Shown here in pieces: positions 11,400 through 26,032 of a stretch of 64,000 bases of DNA (the first letter of the stretch is position 1; each line of letters opens with the position of its first letter). The notes beneath the pieces were generated by a model. It did no database searches, was not told the origin of the DNA, and worked only from the letters and a program-made list of their open reading frames with translations. Position numbers and translations under genes: made by a program. Source of the stretch: Amoebidium appalachense (Eukaryota > Protista > Ichthyosporea); the NCBI GenBank assembly GCA_963693365.1, contig CAVNZM010000003.1:9375019-9439018 (forward strand), given 5' to 3'.

Positions 11400-13070
11400 A
11401 TGGATGGGTTTACAGCAACCACAACTTTCGTGGTACTCCTAACCCCATACATTGGATGTACACTGGATGTCGTGCACTCCTCCGGATTACGACATCATAA
11501 GATGGTCTTGCTGCACCCCCTCGGAAGACTGTCTTACGACGTCGGAAATAACTGTCGAATGGATGGGTTTACAATATCCATACGAATGTCCTCGACAACC
11601 ATTAGTTGTCGTAAACCCCACCTGTGTACGACATCGTAACATGCTCTTACGACACCCCACATGAGACTGTCGCTAGACGTCTGAAACCCCGCCGTATGGA
11701 TTGGTTTACAGTATCCATTTGAAGGTCCACGATACACTGTGTATGTCGTAAACACCTGCACATTACGACATCGTAAGATGATATTATGGTGGTACTCCTA
11801 ACCCCATACATTGGATGTACACTGGATGTCGTGCACACCTCCGGATTACGACATCATAAGATGGTCTTGCTGCACCCCTCGGAAGACAGTCCTACGACGT
11901 CGGAAATGACTGTCGTATGGATGGGTTTACAATATCCATATGAATATCCTCGACAACCATTAGTTGTCGTAAACCCCACCTGAGTACGACATCGTAACAT
12001 GCTCTTACGACACCCCACGTGAGACTGTCAATAGACGTCTGAAACCCCGCCGGATGGATTGGTTTACAGTATCCATATGAAGGTCCACGATACACTGTGT
12101 ATGTCGTAAAGGCCTGCACATTACGACATCGTAAGATGATATTATGGTGGTACTCCTAACCCCATACATTGGATGTACACTGGATGTCGTGCACACCTCC
12201 GGATTACGACATCATAAGATGGTCTTGCTGCACCCCCTCGAAAGACTGTCTTACGACGTCGGAAATAACTGTCGAATGGATGGGTTTACAATATCCATAT
12301 GAATGTCCTCGACAACCATTAGTTGTCGTAAACCCCACCTGAGTACGACATCGTAACATGCTCTTACGACACCCCACGTGAGACTGTCAATAGACGTCTG
12401 AAACCCCGCCGGATGGATTGGTTTACAGTATCCATTTGAAGGTCCACGATACACTGTGTATGTCGTAAACACCTGCACATTACGACATCGTAAGATGATA
12501 TTATGGTGGTACTCCTAACCCCATACATTGGATGTACACTGTATGTCGTGCACACCTCCGGATTACGACATCATAAGATGGTCTTGCTGCACCCCCTCGG
12601 AAGACTGTCTTAAGACATCGGAATCAACTGTCGAATGGATGGGTTTACAATATCCATATGAGTGTCCTCGACAACCATTAGTTGTCGTAAACCCCCCCAG
12701 TATACGACATCGTAACATGCTCTTGCGACACCCAACGTGAGACTGTCAATAGACGTCTGAAACCCCCCGGATGGATTGGTTTACAGTATCCATATGAAGG
12801 TCCACGATACACTGTGTATGTCGTAAACACCTGCACATTACGACATCGTAAGATGATATTACTATGGTGGTACTCCCAACCCCATACATTGGATGTACAC
12901 TGGATGTCGTGCACACCTCCGGATTACGACATCAATTTATAGATGGGTCTTGCTGCACCCCCTCGGAAGACTGTCTTAAGACATCGGAAACAACTGTCGA
13001 ATGGATGGGTTTACAATATCCATATGAGTGTCCTCGACAACCATTAGTTGTCGTAAACCCCCCCAGTATA
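11400..13070. repeat. ~359-bp tandem repeat, ~4.6 units (left subterminal array)
   Basis: TGGTACTCCTAACCCCATACATTGGATG recurs at ~11431, 11790, 12148, 12507 and 12868. The unit has internal ACGACATCGTAA and ATGG(G)TTTACA subrepeats. Confidence 0.92.
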
Positions 13071-13488
13071 TATAGTATACAACATGTTGTTGCTTGCTGA
13101 TCTGCTAAAAACTGTCGTGCTTATATACCTACGGCTACCGAACTGAGCCAATCAAAACCGATCTAGTGTTATGTGAAATCTTATCCTGAGCCAATCAAAC
13201 TCGGTCTAGTGATCTGTGGAATCTGATGTTTTGATCGGCTAATAGGTGCCCGTATGCGGGCAGCCGAACGCGAACTGCTAAAACATGAAACGAAGCCTGT
13301 AGATATCGGACACCCATCCTACGTATTTACCCAGAAAAATATTTATGTCAATAATTTCCACAAATAAAACCTCTATGAAAACTACTCCGGGACGTATGTT
13401 GCCTCTAGGGGGACATCCCCTTGGACGAAAGTGAACCTGCAATGGTTGTAAACCACGGCACGAGAGCAGTATGCTTGCTCCAAAGGTT

Positions 13489-14520
13489 TCACTTAAGAAT
13501 AGAGGCGAATACACGTGTGGTAGTGGCAGCAATGGAGGCCGGACGAAGTCGGGTATAGATCAGGAAACAGTCGGAGGACCACCTGCCGAGTTGTTTGATC
13601 CGGGAGTCGTCGACCCCGGCCTCAGCCAGTGCTGTGGCCCCCCCGATGCGGAGGCTGTGTCCGGCAAACCGGGAGGGTGAGAGGCCTGCCCGGGAGAGGA
13701 GGGCACGGAAGTCGGCAGAGAAAGCACTCTTGGTGTAGGGGATGCCACCGAGACTGAAGAGGGGGTCGTCGGGTTGACCGGACGTTGTATCCAGGAACTG
13801 CCGGAGGAGATGGGCTGGGGAGAAGTGGGTGAGGGGCAGGGCAGCTAGAGTGACGTTGACACCTCGGGCCTGTACATCCGTCTTAGAGGTTGGCAGGTGG
13901 AGGGTGGCATGGGACAAAGTACCGGTGGGGGTGTAGGTGAAGGTCACGTCTTTCCGTTTAACGTGACGGGACGGGTCGAAAGAAGTCAGGATCTTGGAGG
14001 TAAATTCCCCTGACCGGAGGAGACCACAGAAACCGACGATGAGGGCCGTCCATAGCCGGAGATTGGCCGAGGAGGCCTTGGTGGGGCACTGGCCGTGAAG
14101 TAGGCTGAGGTGGGAGGGCAGGAGGGGTTCCCTGGTGGATGAGCGGGGTCGGATGTTGTGAGAAAGCTGCCATCTGCCCACCCCCCGTAGGAACCAGGCC
14201 AGAGACTTGTCGTGGGGGTAGGGAGCAGGGAGGCCCATGTCGAGGTGGAGCCTGGTGATGGCCGAATTGTAGCCGGTTAAGGAAGAGGCCTGTACCCCTC
14301 GTTGGGCACACCAGGCGAGAAAAAGTTGCACGGTGTGTGGGGAGGCCGGGAGGGAGGACCCGGAGGGGGATTGCAGCCGAGATGCCACACAGAAATCGAT
14401 GAACACTTTTTGCACCCGGGAGTAAAAGGCCCGAGAGTCGAGGTTGAGACTCAGGGCCTGGCATTCCTGCAGGGTAGTGGTGGCTCGAAGCAGCTCGGCC
14501 GGAGCAAAGTGGGGGGCCAA
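13489..14520 (-). CDS. Tyrosine recombinase of Ngaro element
   Basis: Open 343 aa with GLLRSGE (R), SKTD (K), GHSLRIGGAT (HxxR), LGRW and IYTR (Y). Confidence 0.93.
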   Translation of the reverse strand: MAPHFAPAELLRATTTLQECQALSLNLDSRAFYSRVQKVFIDFCVASRLQSPSGSSLPASPHTVQLFLAWCAQRGVQASSLTGYNSAITRLHLDMGLPAPYPHDKSLAWFLRGVGRWQLSHNIRPRSSTREPLLPSHLSLLHGQCPTKASSANLRLWTALIVGFCGLLRSGEFTSKILTSFDPSRHVKRKDVTFTYTPTGTLSHATLHLPTSKTDVQARGVNVTLAALPLTHFSPAHLLRQFLDTTSGQPDDPLFSLGGIPYTKSAFSADFRALLSRAGLSPSRFAGHSLRIGGATALAEAGVDDSRIKQLGRWSSDCFLIYTRLRPASIAATTTRVFASILK

Positions 14521-14577
14521 TCTGCCAGCGTTGCTCCGGAACGGGAGATCTGGGGGGGGGGGGGGGGGGGGGGGGGG

Positions 14578-16261
14578 TTAGCCCAAGGGAAGGGATAGGA
14601 ACTCATGGACCCAGGAGGGGAAGGGGCAGGGCTCCGGTTGCAGGGATGGTCGGAGTCGTCGGGCCCGGGGAAGTTGGTTACGAGAAATGGCATCGGCCAG
14701 ATGGTTGAGGGGTCCTGGTAGGTAGGATGCCTGTAACGTAAATTGGTATTGCATTTCCATGCGGGTGATGAACCGAATAAGTTTGGCCATCACGGGGTGG
14801 GGGGAAGACCGGGAGTGCAGGTCAGACACAGCACCCGTGTTGTCGCATAAAATACGGACATGGTGGGTGGACCAGGAGGGGGCCCAGAGGGCCACGGCGG
14901 CTGCGATGGCCAGGAGTTCGATTACGGAAGAACCGAGTTTACCCTCATGAGCATAGAGGGCTTGGGTGGAGGGGGACCAGGGCATGAAGAACCATTGGTC
15001 GAGCCAGTGGCCTCCTAGACCCACCGATCCGGCAGCATCGGTGGCCAGGGTAGTGTATGTGGGGGGTGTGATGAGGTGCACCCCATTCCATGATGTGAGG
15101 AACTGGTGCCATTCGGCTATGTCGGCCCGGGCGGCAGCAGTCAGTCGTATGTGGTGGTGGCCGGCAAGGTGTGGGTGGGTCCGGAGAAGGGCCCATAGGC
15201 GCTGGGAGAAGGCCCTCCCGGGGGGAACCAGCTGGGCACACCAGGTGAGTTTGCCGAGGAGGGACTGGAGGTCCCGAATGGTGATGGTGGGCTTTGGGTG
15301 GGCAGTGAGGTCGAGTAGGTCCGAGAGCTTGGAAGCCGGGATTCGTGCCTCCATGGCGATGGAGTCGAATTCGATACCGATGAAGACGACACGGGTAGCC
15401 GGGCCCTGCATCTTGTCTTCGGAGATGGCAATGTGCAGCTCTCGGCAGAGTTGCAGGAAGGTGGAGAGGTGACGTTGGCACTGCTCTTGTGTGGGGGCGA
15501 CTATAATCCAGTCGTCCACGTAGTGGCGGATGAGGGTAATACCGTGCTGGTGTGCCAGCCACTGTAGGGTGGCCGCGATCCGTTCCCAGATGGCTGGGCT
15601 AGATTTCAGGCCGAAGGGCAGTCTGGTTTCAACGTAAAAATGCCCCAGCCATTTGAATGCCATTAAGTGATGGTCTTCTGGTCGGATGGGCATGTGCCGG
15701 AAGGCAGCCTGCACATCTGCCACGGCCATGTAGCAGCCGGGGCCTGCGTCGAGAATGAGCTGGGTGACGTCCCGGGCGCGAATGTACTGAAGTTCGTCGG
15801 GGTAGGTGATGCTGTCATTGACACTGCTACCCCGGGGCCAGGAGAGGTGGTGGATTCGACGGTACTTGGGGGGGTTCCCTTTCTTGGTAACAGCGCCGAT
15901 GGGGGAGGAACGGTGGACCGGAAATTCGTCAAAGAATTGGGCCGGGGAGAGGGGGCCGCGCAGATGGCCGAGGGCGACCTCTTTGGCAATATCCGCCGTG
16001 ATAGCGGAAGCTGCCTCCGGGGTGGTGGGTAGGTTGGGGCCCACCCGAGAGGTGGAGGGGCCGCGATAGCCGATGTCGACACCGAATTCGACATCGTGGA
16101 GGAGTTGTGCGGCGAATGATTGGTCTGGGTAGGAGGCCAGCAGTTCCCGGAGGCGGGAGGTGTCAATGTGGTGCTGGGGCAGCGGGCGGGCCTCCGGGTC
16201 TGAGCCTCGGGGGAAGGGGGTGGTTAGCAAGGGTGGGGCACCCTCGGGGAGATCCCGGCAG

Positions 16262-16315
<54 letters not shown>

Positions 16316-16461
16316 CAGGGCCCCGGGGGGGTTAGAGTAGGGCAGCTGGGCCCGAGTGAGGGTTGGCAGGGAGGGCAGCGGGGCCCTGTGCAGGGGAATG
16401 TGCCCGAGCACGCGGGGGTGTGGGCGGACACAGAGGTAGAAGAAGGGGGGGGGAGGGAGTG
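14578..16461 (-). CDS. Reverse transcriptase / RNase H of Ngaro element
   Basis: RT motifs KYRRIHHL, DVQAAFRH, LPFGLKSSP and YVDD. RNase H motifs TDAAG, ELLAI, CDN and ADAISR. The frame opens right after a TAG at 16462-16464 and has no early ATG. Confidence 0.93.
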
Positions 16462-16716
16462 CTAGGTGAGTGTAAGGGGGGGGGGGGGAGGCTCGTGGGA
16501 TGGGGGGGGAGTAAAATTATGTGCAGTGGCCAGAATAAACGTCTTTGTGTAGGGACATTTATTCTTGACGCGCGCGGGCGCCGTAGTTGGCCTGCGAAAA
16601 TTTTGTACTCAGCCCTATTGGCCCGTTCTCCCGAGCTCCGTTTCCCTGTACTCGTGTGTCCTAGCTCCTAACCCCTATGTTCTAGCTGTGTGACACTGTG
16701 TGGGTGTGCGCGTAGA

Positions 16717-17887
16717 CTAGGCATTGAGCTTGCAGTCTTTGCGGGGGTGTGTGCCAGAGCAGAGCGGGCACACGTGGGAGAAGGGGCAGGGCTGCTTAGC
16801 GCAGGACCGACCGTTAATGTGGAAATTCCTGCAGTGCGTCGCGGGTAGATCCACGGGTCGGGCCGGTTTGGCCGGGCCGGGTTGCGGGCCAGGGCGGTTA
16901 GGGGTTTGACCCCCGCCGGGCTTGTGGGGCGGTTTAAAGCCGTCAAGACCACAGCCGGGCTTGGGGTACATGGGGCAGGCCGCGCTGGGGTGGTCGGGGG
17001 AAGCCACAGCGCTGACATGCGTCCGGGATGAGCAGAGTGGGTGGCAGGAGGAGATCCTGGTGGAGTTGGGCGAGCAGGTTGGGACACTCGATCGGGGCCC
17101 GACCCTGCTGGTGGGCAACGGTTCGGGCGTATACGTCATAGTTGTGGATCTGGGCCCACGGGTATCGGGTGCTGAGGCGAGTGATGTGCTGAGTCCAAAG
17201 TACGTCTTTGTCCGTGGGGAGGCCGAGGTGGTGCTTGGCGGCCATGTAATGGGTCCAAGCTTGGATCCAAATGACGAGTGAACGCAGGGGAACGGGTTTG
17301 TCTTGGCGAAAAGTCTCGATGCTGCCGTCGTCGGCCATGCGCAGATGCTGACCTTTCTTGGATGGGGCCAGGAGGGCGGCGGGGGTGAACTTATACAGGT
17401 CGACGAAACGATTGGCGCGCAAATCTGCCAGCACATCCGCGGGGGGAAGTGGGAGTGTGCCCGGCTGAATGTCGCCAGTGTTCTCACCTGTGATGGGGGG
17501 CGCGGGCAGGGCAGGTAGGTCTAGGTCAGGGCCGAGATGCAGCCCCGGGGAAACCTCCCCGGGTGCGGAGGGCGCGGCGGGGGGCGCGGGAGGGTCGCGG
17601 TTGGTGAGAGCAGCCAGGACGCCAGCCATCTGGGTGCTGATGGCGGTGAGGGCGGCAAGGACGGCGTCTTGAGAAGTCATCTGCGGGGACGGCGGGGCCT
17701 GAGGGGGGATTTCAGGAGGGGAGGGGAGACTAGCCGGCGGGTCCGGGTCCGTGGTGGTATGGGCCGCTGGAGGCGCGTCAGTGTCCGCGGGAGCGTTGGT
17801 CAGCCTGTGGCGGAGGTCGCTGCGGGTCAGGCGCTTGGGTGCCGCGGCAGGGGCGGTGGCTGAGGCCTGGCGCTTTTTCGGCGGCAT
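16717..17887 (-). CDS. Gag-like ORF1 of Ngaro element (single frameshift near 16997)
   Basis: ORF 16943-17887 joined to the 16717 frame restores a CCHC knuckle (CQRCG.PDHPSAAC) and a C-terminal Cys/His finger CRNFHINGRSCAKQPCPFSHVCPLCSGTHPRKDC. Confidence 0.8.
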
Positions 17888-18747
17888 GCTGACCGGCGGA
17901 GGGAAAGATAGGGAGAGTGAATGAAAAAGAAAATATAGCTGTAAAGCTGTAGGTGCTAAACACAGAAGATGTGTTGTTGCTTGCTGATCTGCTAAAAACT
18001 GTCGTGCTTATATACCTACGGCTACCGAACTGAGCCAATCAAAACCGATCTAGTGTTATGTGAAATCTTATCCTGAGCCAATCAAACTCGGTCTAGTGAT
18101 CTGTGGAATCTGATGTTTTGATCGGCTAATAGGTGCCCGTATGCGGGCAGCCGAACGCGAACTGCTAAAACATGAAACGAAGCCTGTAGATATCGGACAC
18201 CCATCCTACGTATTTACCCAGAAAAATATTTATGTCAATAATTTCCACAAATAAAACCTACGCCTTCACCCCAAACTCAAACCACCCCCAAGCTCCCATA
18301 ATATACCCCCCCTCCCCCCTCGGGACTCCCCCCCCCCCCCCCGCCCCCGACCCCCCCCCCCCCCCCCCCCGCCGCCCCCCCCCGCACAATAAACCCCCGA
18401 CACCCCCCCCCCCCGCCCATACGCCTCCCAAGCGCCCCCCCCCCCACCCCCCCCCCCCCCCAAAGCAAGAGAAGGAACCCAAGAAAGAGACATCAGGTAG
18501 ACCCCCCCCAAACCCAAAATTTTTCTCCCTCAATCCCCTGCACTTATCTTAATCCCCCCCCCCCGCCCCCAACGTCCGACCGGAGCCCCCCACACAGACA
18601 CCCCAACTTTTCTCCCATCAAACCCCTCACTTATTAACTTGAACCCCCTCCCCCCCCCCACCCCCCCCCTGAGTTATACGAAAAAACGTGCCGACCGCCG
18701 AACCGCCCGAACACTCCCTTAGGCCCGGGGGGAGGGGAGGAGGAAGA

Positions 18748-18786
<39 letters not shown>

Positions 18787-18909
18787 GAAGTATTCTGTAC
18801 GCTCCTTCACTCGTTAGTGAGTCTTTTTATAATGTATTTCCGTTTATATTCAATAATCGCCACATGCATTTACCGGTGCGCCAGATAAACACATGGCCGG
18901 CTTATCATT

Positions 18910-20222
<1,313 letters not shown>

Positions 20223-21485
20223 ACCCCTTGTAGCATAGAACCCCCCTTGTAGCATAGTATATGTACATATGTTACCTAGACATTATTGGGTTTTCAATAA
20301 CTACCCACAAAACAGCCTCTAGCACGAGAAATTTACCACACAGTTTGTGGGGGGGATGGTGAATGTGCCCCTGGAGTACGAGGGTCACACGAAAAAAACA
20401 CAAAGTTGTAGCTCGTATAGAACCCCCCTTGTAGCATAGTATATGTCCATGTGTTACCTAGACATTTTTGGTTTTTTCAATAACTACCCACAGAACAGCT
20501 TCTAGCACGAGAAATTTACCACACAGTTTATGGGGGGGATGGGGAATGTGCCCCTGGAGTACGAGGGTCACACGAAAAAAACACAACGTTGTAGCTCGAA
20601 TAGAACCCCCTTGTAGCATAGTATATGTACATGTGTTGCTTACACATTATTGGTTTTTTCAATAACTACCCACAGAACAGCTTCTAGCACGAGAAATTTA
20701 CCACACAGTTTATGGGGGGGATGGGGAATGTGCCCCTGGAGTACGAGGGTCACACGAAAAAAACACAACGTTGTAGCTCGAATAGAACCCCCCTTGTAGC
20801 ATAGTATATGTACATGCGTTGCTTACACATTATTGGTTTTTTCAATAACTACCCACAGAACAGCTTCTAGCACGAGAAAGTTACCACACCGTTTATGGGG
20901 GGGATGGGGAATGTGCCCCTGGAGTACGAGGGTCACACGAAAAAAACACAACGTTGTAGCTCGAATAGAACCCCCCTTGTAGCATAGTATATGTACATCG
21001 TTGCTTACACATTATTGTTTTTTCAATAACTACCCACAGAACAGCTTCTAGCACGAGAAAGTTACCACACAGTTTATGGGGGGATGGGAGTGCCCCTGGA
21101 GTGCGAGTCACAGAAAAAAACACAACGTTGTAGCTCGAATAGAACCCCCCTTGTAGCATAGTATATGTAATTTTGCACAATAATTGTTTCAAAACAAACA
21201 AGGGGGGGAAGCCCCTGAGAGAGCACAAAAAACACCGAAGAACCCCCCTGAGAAGAAACAGAATGAACCCAAGAACAGCCACAGAAATACCACACAGTTT
21301 ATGGGGGGAGGGGAATGTGCCCTGGAGTACGAGGGTACAGAAAAAAACACAACGAGCCGAATAGAACCCCCTTGTAGATAGTATATGTACAGTGTTGCAA
21401 CACCCCAGAACAGCCTAGCACGAGACATTTACCACACAGTTTATGGGGGGAGGGATAGAACCCCCCTTGTAGCATAGTATATGTA

Positions 21486-23549
21486 TCTATGAAAACTACT
21501 CCGGGACGTGTGTTGCCTCTAGGGGGACATCCCCTTGGACGAAAGTGAACCTGCAATGGTTGTAAACCACGGCAAGCCCCCAGTCATCAATTTATTGATC
21601 CGTGAGGTCCTTGTGCCCAAAAAACGGGGGAAGTCTTCGCCCCGTGAAAAAACAGCACGCATGTGTGGATCAATGGGGGTGAGTGTGGGTGTAGGTGGGT
21701 GGGTGAAAAGAAAATGTATAGCCGTAAGGGCTGTAGGTGCTCAACACAGAAGATGTGTTTGTAGCTTGCTGATCTGCTGAAAACTGTCTTGCTTATATAC
21801 CTAAGCCTACCGACCTGAGCCAATTGAAAATCGATCCAGTGATATGTGAATCTGAATCGAACCAATCAAAATCGGTCTAGCGATATGTGGAATCTGATGT
21901 TTTGATTAGCTAATAGGTGCCCGTGTGCGAGCGGCCAATCGCGAACTGCTAAAACACGAAACGAAGCCTACATGGTTATGTCAATATCGAACACCCATCC
22001 TACGTGTTTACCCAGAAAAATATTTATGTCAATAAATTCCACAAATAAAACCTCTATGAAAACTACTCCGGGACGTGTGTTGCCTCTAGGGGGACATCCC
22101 CTTGGACGAAAGTGAACCTGCAATGGTTGTAAACCACGGCACGAGAGCAGTATGCTTGCTCCAAAGGTTTCACTTAAGGATAGAGGCAAATACACGTTTG
22201 TTAGTGGCAGCCATGGGGGCCGGCGAAGTCGAGTATAGATCAGGGAACAGTCGGAAGATCATCTGCCAAGTTGTTGGATCCTGGAGTCGTCGACCCCGGC
22301 CTCGGCCAGGGCTGTGGCCCCCCCAATTCGGAGGCTGTGGCCGGCAAACCGGGAGGGTGAGAGGCCTGCCCGGGAGAGGAGGGCACGGAAGTCGTCAGAG
22401 AAAACACCCTTGGTGTAGGGAATGCCACCGAGACTGAACAGGGGGTCGTCAGGTTGACCGGATGTCGTATCCAGGAACTGCCGGAGGAGATGGGCTGGGG
22501 AGAAGTGGGTGAGAGGCAGGGCAGCTAGAGTGACGTTGACACTTAGGGCTGTACATCCATCTTGGAGGTTGGCAGGTGGAGGGTGGCATGGGACAAAGTA
22601 CTGGTGGGGGTGTAGCTGAAGGTCACGTCCTTCCATTTCACGTGACGGGACGGGTCGAAGGAAGTCAGGGTCTTGGAGGTAAATTCCCACGAACGGAGGA
22701 GACCACAAAAACCGACGATGAGGGCCGTCCAAAGCCGGCGATTGGCTGAGGAGGCCTGGGTGGGGCACTGGCCATGGAGTAGGCCGAGGTGGGAGGGCAG
22801 GAGGGGTTCTCTGGGAGATGATCGGGGTCGGATGTTGTGAGAAAAGCTGCCATCTGCCCACCCCTTGTAGGAACCAGGCGAGAGACTTGTCGTGGGGGTA
22901 GGGAGCCGGAAGTCCCATGTCGAGGTGGAGTCTGGTGATAGCCGAATTGTAGCCGGCCAAGGAAGAGGCCTGTACCCCTTGTTGGGCACACCAGGCAAGA
23001 AAGAGCTGCACGGTGTGTGGGGAGGCCGGGAGGTAGGACCCGGAGGAGGATGGCAGCCGAGATGCCACAAAAATCGATGAACACTTTCTGCACCCGGGAG
23101 TAGAAGGCCCGAGAGTCGAGGTTGAGACTCAGGGCCTGGCACTCCTGCAGGGTAGTGGTGGCTCGAAGCAGCACGGCCGGAGCAAAGTGGGGGGCCAACT
23201 TGAATCTGCCAGCGTTGCTCCGGAAGGGAAGATCGGGGGGGGGGGGGGGGAGGGGAGGGGGGGTTGAGCCCAGGGGAAGGGAGAGGGCATGTGCCGGAAG
23301 GCAGCCTGCACGTCTGCCACTGCCATGTAGCAGCCGGGGCCTGCGTCGAGAATGAGCTGGGGTCCCGGGCTTGTTTTTGTAGTAACGGCGCCGATGGGGG
23401 AGGAACGGAGGACCGGAAACTCAGCAAGGAATTGGTCCGGGAAGAGGGTGGCCGCGCTGGTGGCCGAGGGGGGGCTGGGCCTCCGGGTCTGAGCCTCGGG
23501 GGAAGGTGTGGTTAGCAAGGGTGGGGCACCCTCGGGGAGACCCCGGCAG

Positions 23550-23588
<39 letters not shown>

Positions 23589-26032
23589 CAGGGCCCCGGG
23601 GGGTTTAGAGTAGGGCAGCTGGGCCCGAGAGAGGTTGCAGGCAGGGCAGCGGGGCCATGTGCAGGGGATGCCCGAGCACGCAGGGATGCGGGCGGACACA
23701 GAGTTAGAAGGGGGGGGGGAGGGAGTGCTAGGTGAGTGTAAGGGGGGGGGGGGGGAGGCTCGTGGGATGGGTGGGGAGTAAAATTATGTGCAGTGGCCAG
23801 AATAACGTCTTTTGTGTAGGGACATGTATTCTGTGGCGCGCGCGGGCGCCGTAGGTGGCCTGCAAAAAAAAATTTTGTACTCAGCCCTAGTGGCCCGTGC
23901 TCCCGAGCTCCGTGTCCCTGTACCCGTGTATCCTAGCTCCTAGCCCCTATGTTCTATCTTGTGTGTGCGGGCAGCTGGGCCCGAGGGAGGTTGCAGGCAG
24001 AACAGCGGGGCCATGTGCAGGGGATGCCCGAGCACGCGGGGATGCGGGCGGACACAGAGTTAGAAGGGGGGGGGGGGGGGGGAGGAAGCCGTGATGGGTG
24101 GGGAGTAAATGTGCGTGGCCAGAATAACGTCTTTGTGTAGGGACATGTATTCTGTGGCGCGCGCGGGCGCCGTAGGTGGCTTGCGAAAATTTGTACTTAG
24201 CCCTAGTGACCCGAGCTCCCGAGCTCCGTGTCCCTGTACCCGTGTATCCTAGCTCCTAGCCCCTATGTTCTATCTGTGTGTGTGGGTGTGCGCGTAGACT
24301 AGGCATTAGGCTTGCAGTCTTTGCGGGGGTGTGTGCCAGAGCAGAGCGGGCACACGTGGGAGAGGGGGCAGGGCTGCTTAGCGCAGGACCGACCTTAAAT
24401 GTGGAAATTCATGTAGTGCGTGGCGGGTAGCTCCACCGATCGGGCCGGTGTTGCCAGGCCGGGGTGCGGGTCGGGGCGGTTGGGGGTTTGTCCCCCGCCG
24501 GGCTTGTGGGGCGGTGTGAAGCCATCAAGTCTTAGACCACAGCCGGGCTTGGGGTATTACATGGGACAGGCCTGAGGGGGGGCTTCAGGGGTAGAGGGGA
24601 GAGTGGCTTGGAGGGTCCGTGGTGGTGGGGGCCGCCGGAGGCGCGTCAGTGCCCGCGGGAGCGTTGGGCAGCTGGTTGCGGAGGTCGCGTAATTTGAAAT
24701 TCGTTTGGAGGGGCGTCGAGCCTGAGGGTTCTTGCTGCTCGGGGGTTACTGGGAAAGCCGGAACAGGGAGGGGAGGAGGGGCTTTGACGGGATTGGTTTT
24801 GGGATCAGGCACGACGGAGGCAGGGTCAAAGGCAGGTAAGTCCGGACGGAGAAGGTTAACTGGGTCGGGCCAGGGGCTTTGGAAACGGGGGCGGGCAGCA
24901 CGGTAGGCTGGCTGGGCAGAAACGTGGATGGGCAGGCAGCACGGTAGGCTGGCTGGGCAGAAACGTGGATGGGAACGACCGGACCTGGCAGCATGTGTAG
25001 CTGGCCGGGGTCGGGTGGCAACAGGGGGGGAACAGCTGCAGGGGAACTGGGGCCGTGCAGGGTTTGGGGTAGCTGAGATCTCGACGAGGCTGGCCTTGTG
25101 ATCTGAGGAAAAAAATGCTGCTGGAATGCGGGGCAGACCAATGGAATGTGAGGTATCCATCGACAGTGAAGTCATGGTGGGGGGAGACATGGCGGGAAAC
25201 AGGGTGGGAAAACAGGGAAGGAGGCGGGTTGAACACGGTAAGCTGTTCTGGCAGGGACTTGGGGTCAGTACTCCTGAACAGTAGGAAAGCACAAGGTGCT
25301 TTGACTGGGTTTAACATAAGCGACGCGATTGGAGTACCGTATTTGAATACTCAGAAGGGCAATCGGGCAAGGACTATGAGCGAGGATAGTCAATGCGGAT
25401 CGAAGCGGGGTTTGAAATTCTAGGCCATCGGGATTGAAAACGGGGTTTGAAATTAGACGAGTGGTAGGGACTTAGATCACAGCGGCGCGGCGCGTGAGGG
25501 ACCATGTCAGGAAATCTTCTTGAAGTGTCGAGGAACTTGTAGGGCGACTAGCCCTAACCGGGACGGAACTGGCAGGAGTGCAAGCCTAACTTGCGAGGAG
25601 GACACGAGGGCAAGCTGAACTTGCAAGGATGGCACGATTGTCAAGGTGTGACAGAAGCTCGTGTCAAGAGTTGTCACGGAGTGTGAAAAGAAAATGTATA
25701 GCCGTAAGGGCTGTAGGTGCTCAACACAGAAGATGTGTTTGTAGCTTGCTGATCTGCTGAAAACTGTCTTGCTTATATACCTAAGCCTACCGACCTGAGC
25801 CAATTGAAAATCGATCCAGTGATATGTGAATCTGAATCGAACCAATCAAAATCGGTCTAGCGATATGTGGAATCTGATGTTTTGATTAGCTAATAGGTGC
25901 CCGTGTGCGAGCGGCCAATCGCGAACTGCTAAAACACGAAACGAAGCCTACATGGTTATGTCAATATCGAACACCCATCCTACGTGTTTACCCAGAAAAA
26001 TATTTATGTCAATAAATTCCACAAATAAAACC
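21486..26032 (-). mobile_element. Ngaro-type retrotransposon, copy 2 (complete termini, internally deleted and decayed)
   Basis: Split direct repeats in minus orientation: A1 25683-26032, B1 22053-22141, A2 21703-22052, B2 21486-21574. YR is frameshifted, most of RT/RH is deleted, and there is an internal duplication 23615-23960/23968-24280. No target-site duplication. Confidence 0.92.
22180..23198 (-). pseudogene. Frameshifted tyrosine recombinase of Ngaro copy 2
   Basis: ORFs 22665-23198, 22543-23427 and 22259-23068 each carry pieces nearly identical to the 13489-14520 YR (e.g. GHSLRIGGATALAEAG). Confidence 0.85.

Larger units (their letters stand above)
13085..18259 (-). mobile_element. 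Ngaro-type tyrosine-recombinase retrotransposon, copy 1 (near intact, 3' end truncated)
   Basis: Identical ~288-bp direct repeats at 13085-13372 and 17972-18259, and a B segment at 13372-13460. Gag, RT/RNase H and YR ORFs are in Ngaro/DIRS order on the minus strand. Confidence 0.93.

Noticed and set aside
11400-13070. Regular repeats resembling a CRISPR array
   Set aside because: Whole 359-bp units are duplicated with no unique spacers, there are no cas genes, and the context is eukaryotic.
16990-17005. Programmed frameshift in Ngaro gag
   Set aside because: The shift falls in a short C-run in the middle of a CCHC knuckle. A single indel or homopolymer sequencing error is simpler.
13085-18259. 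LTR retrotransposon interpretation of the direct repeats
   Set aside because: No TG...CA ends, TSD, protease or DDE integrase. The YR and split repeats indicate Ngaro/DIRS.
24585-25317. Long minus ORFs in Ngaro copy 2 as a separate gene
   Set aside because: They lie inside the element's termini, are Pro-rich, and end in sequence matching the gag N-terminus (DLRNQLPNAPAGTDAPPAA). They are a decayed gag region.
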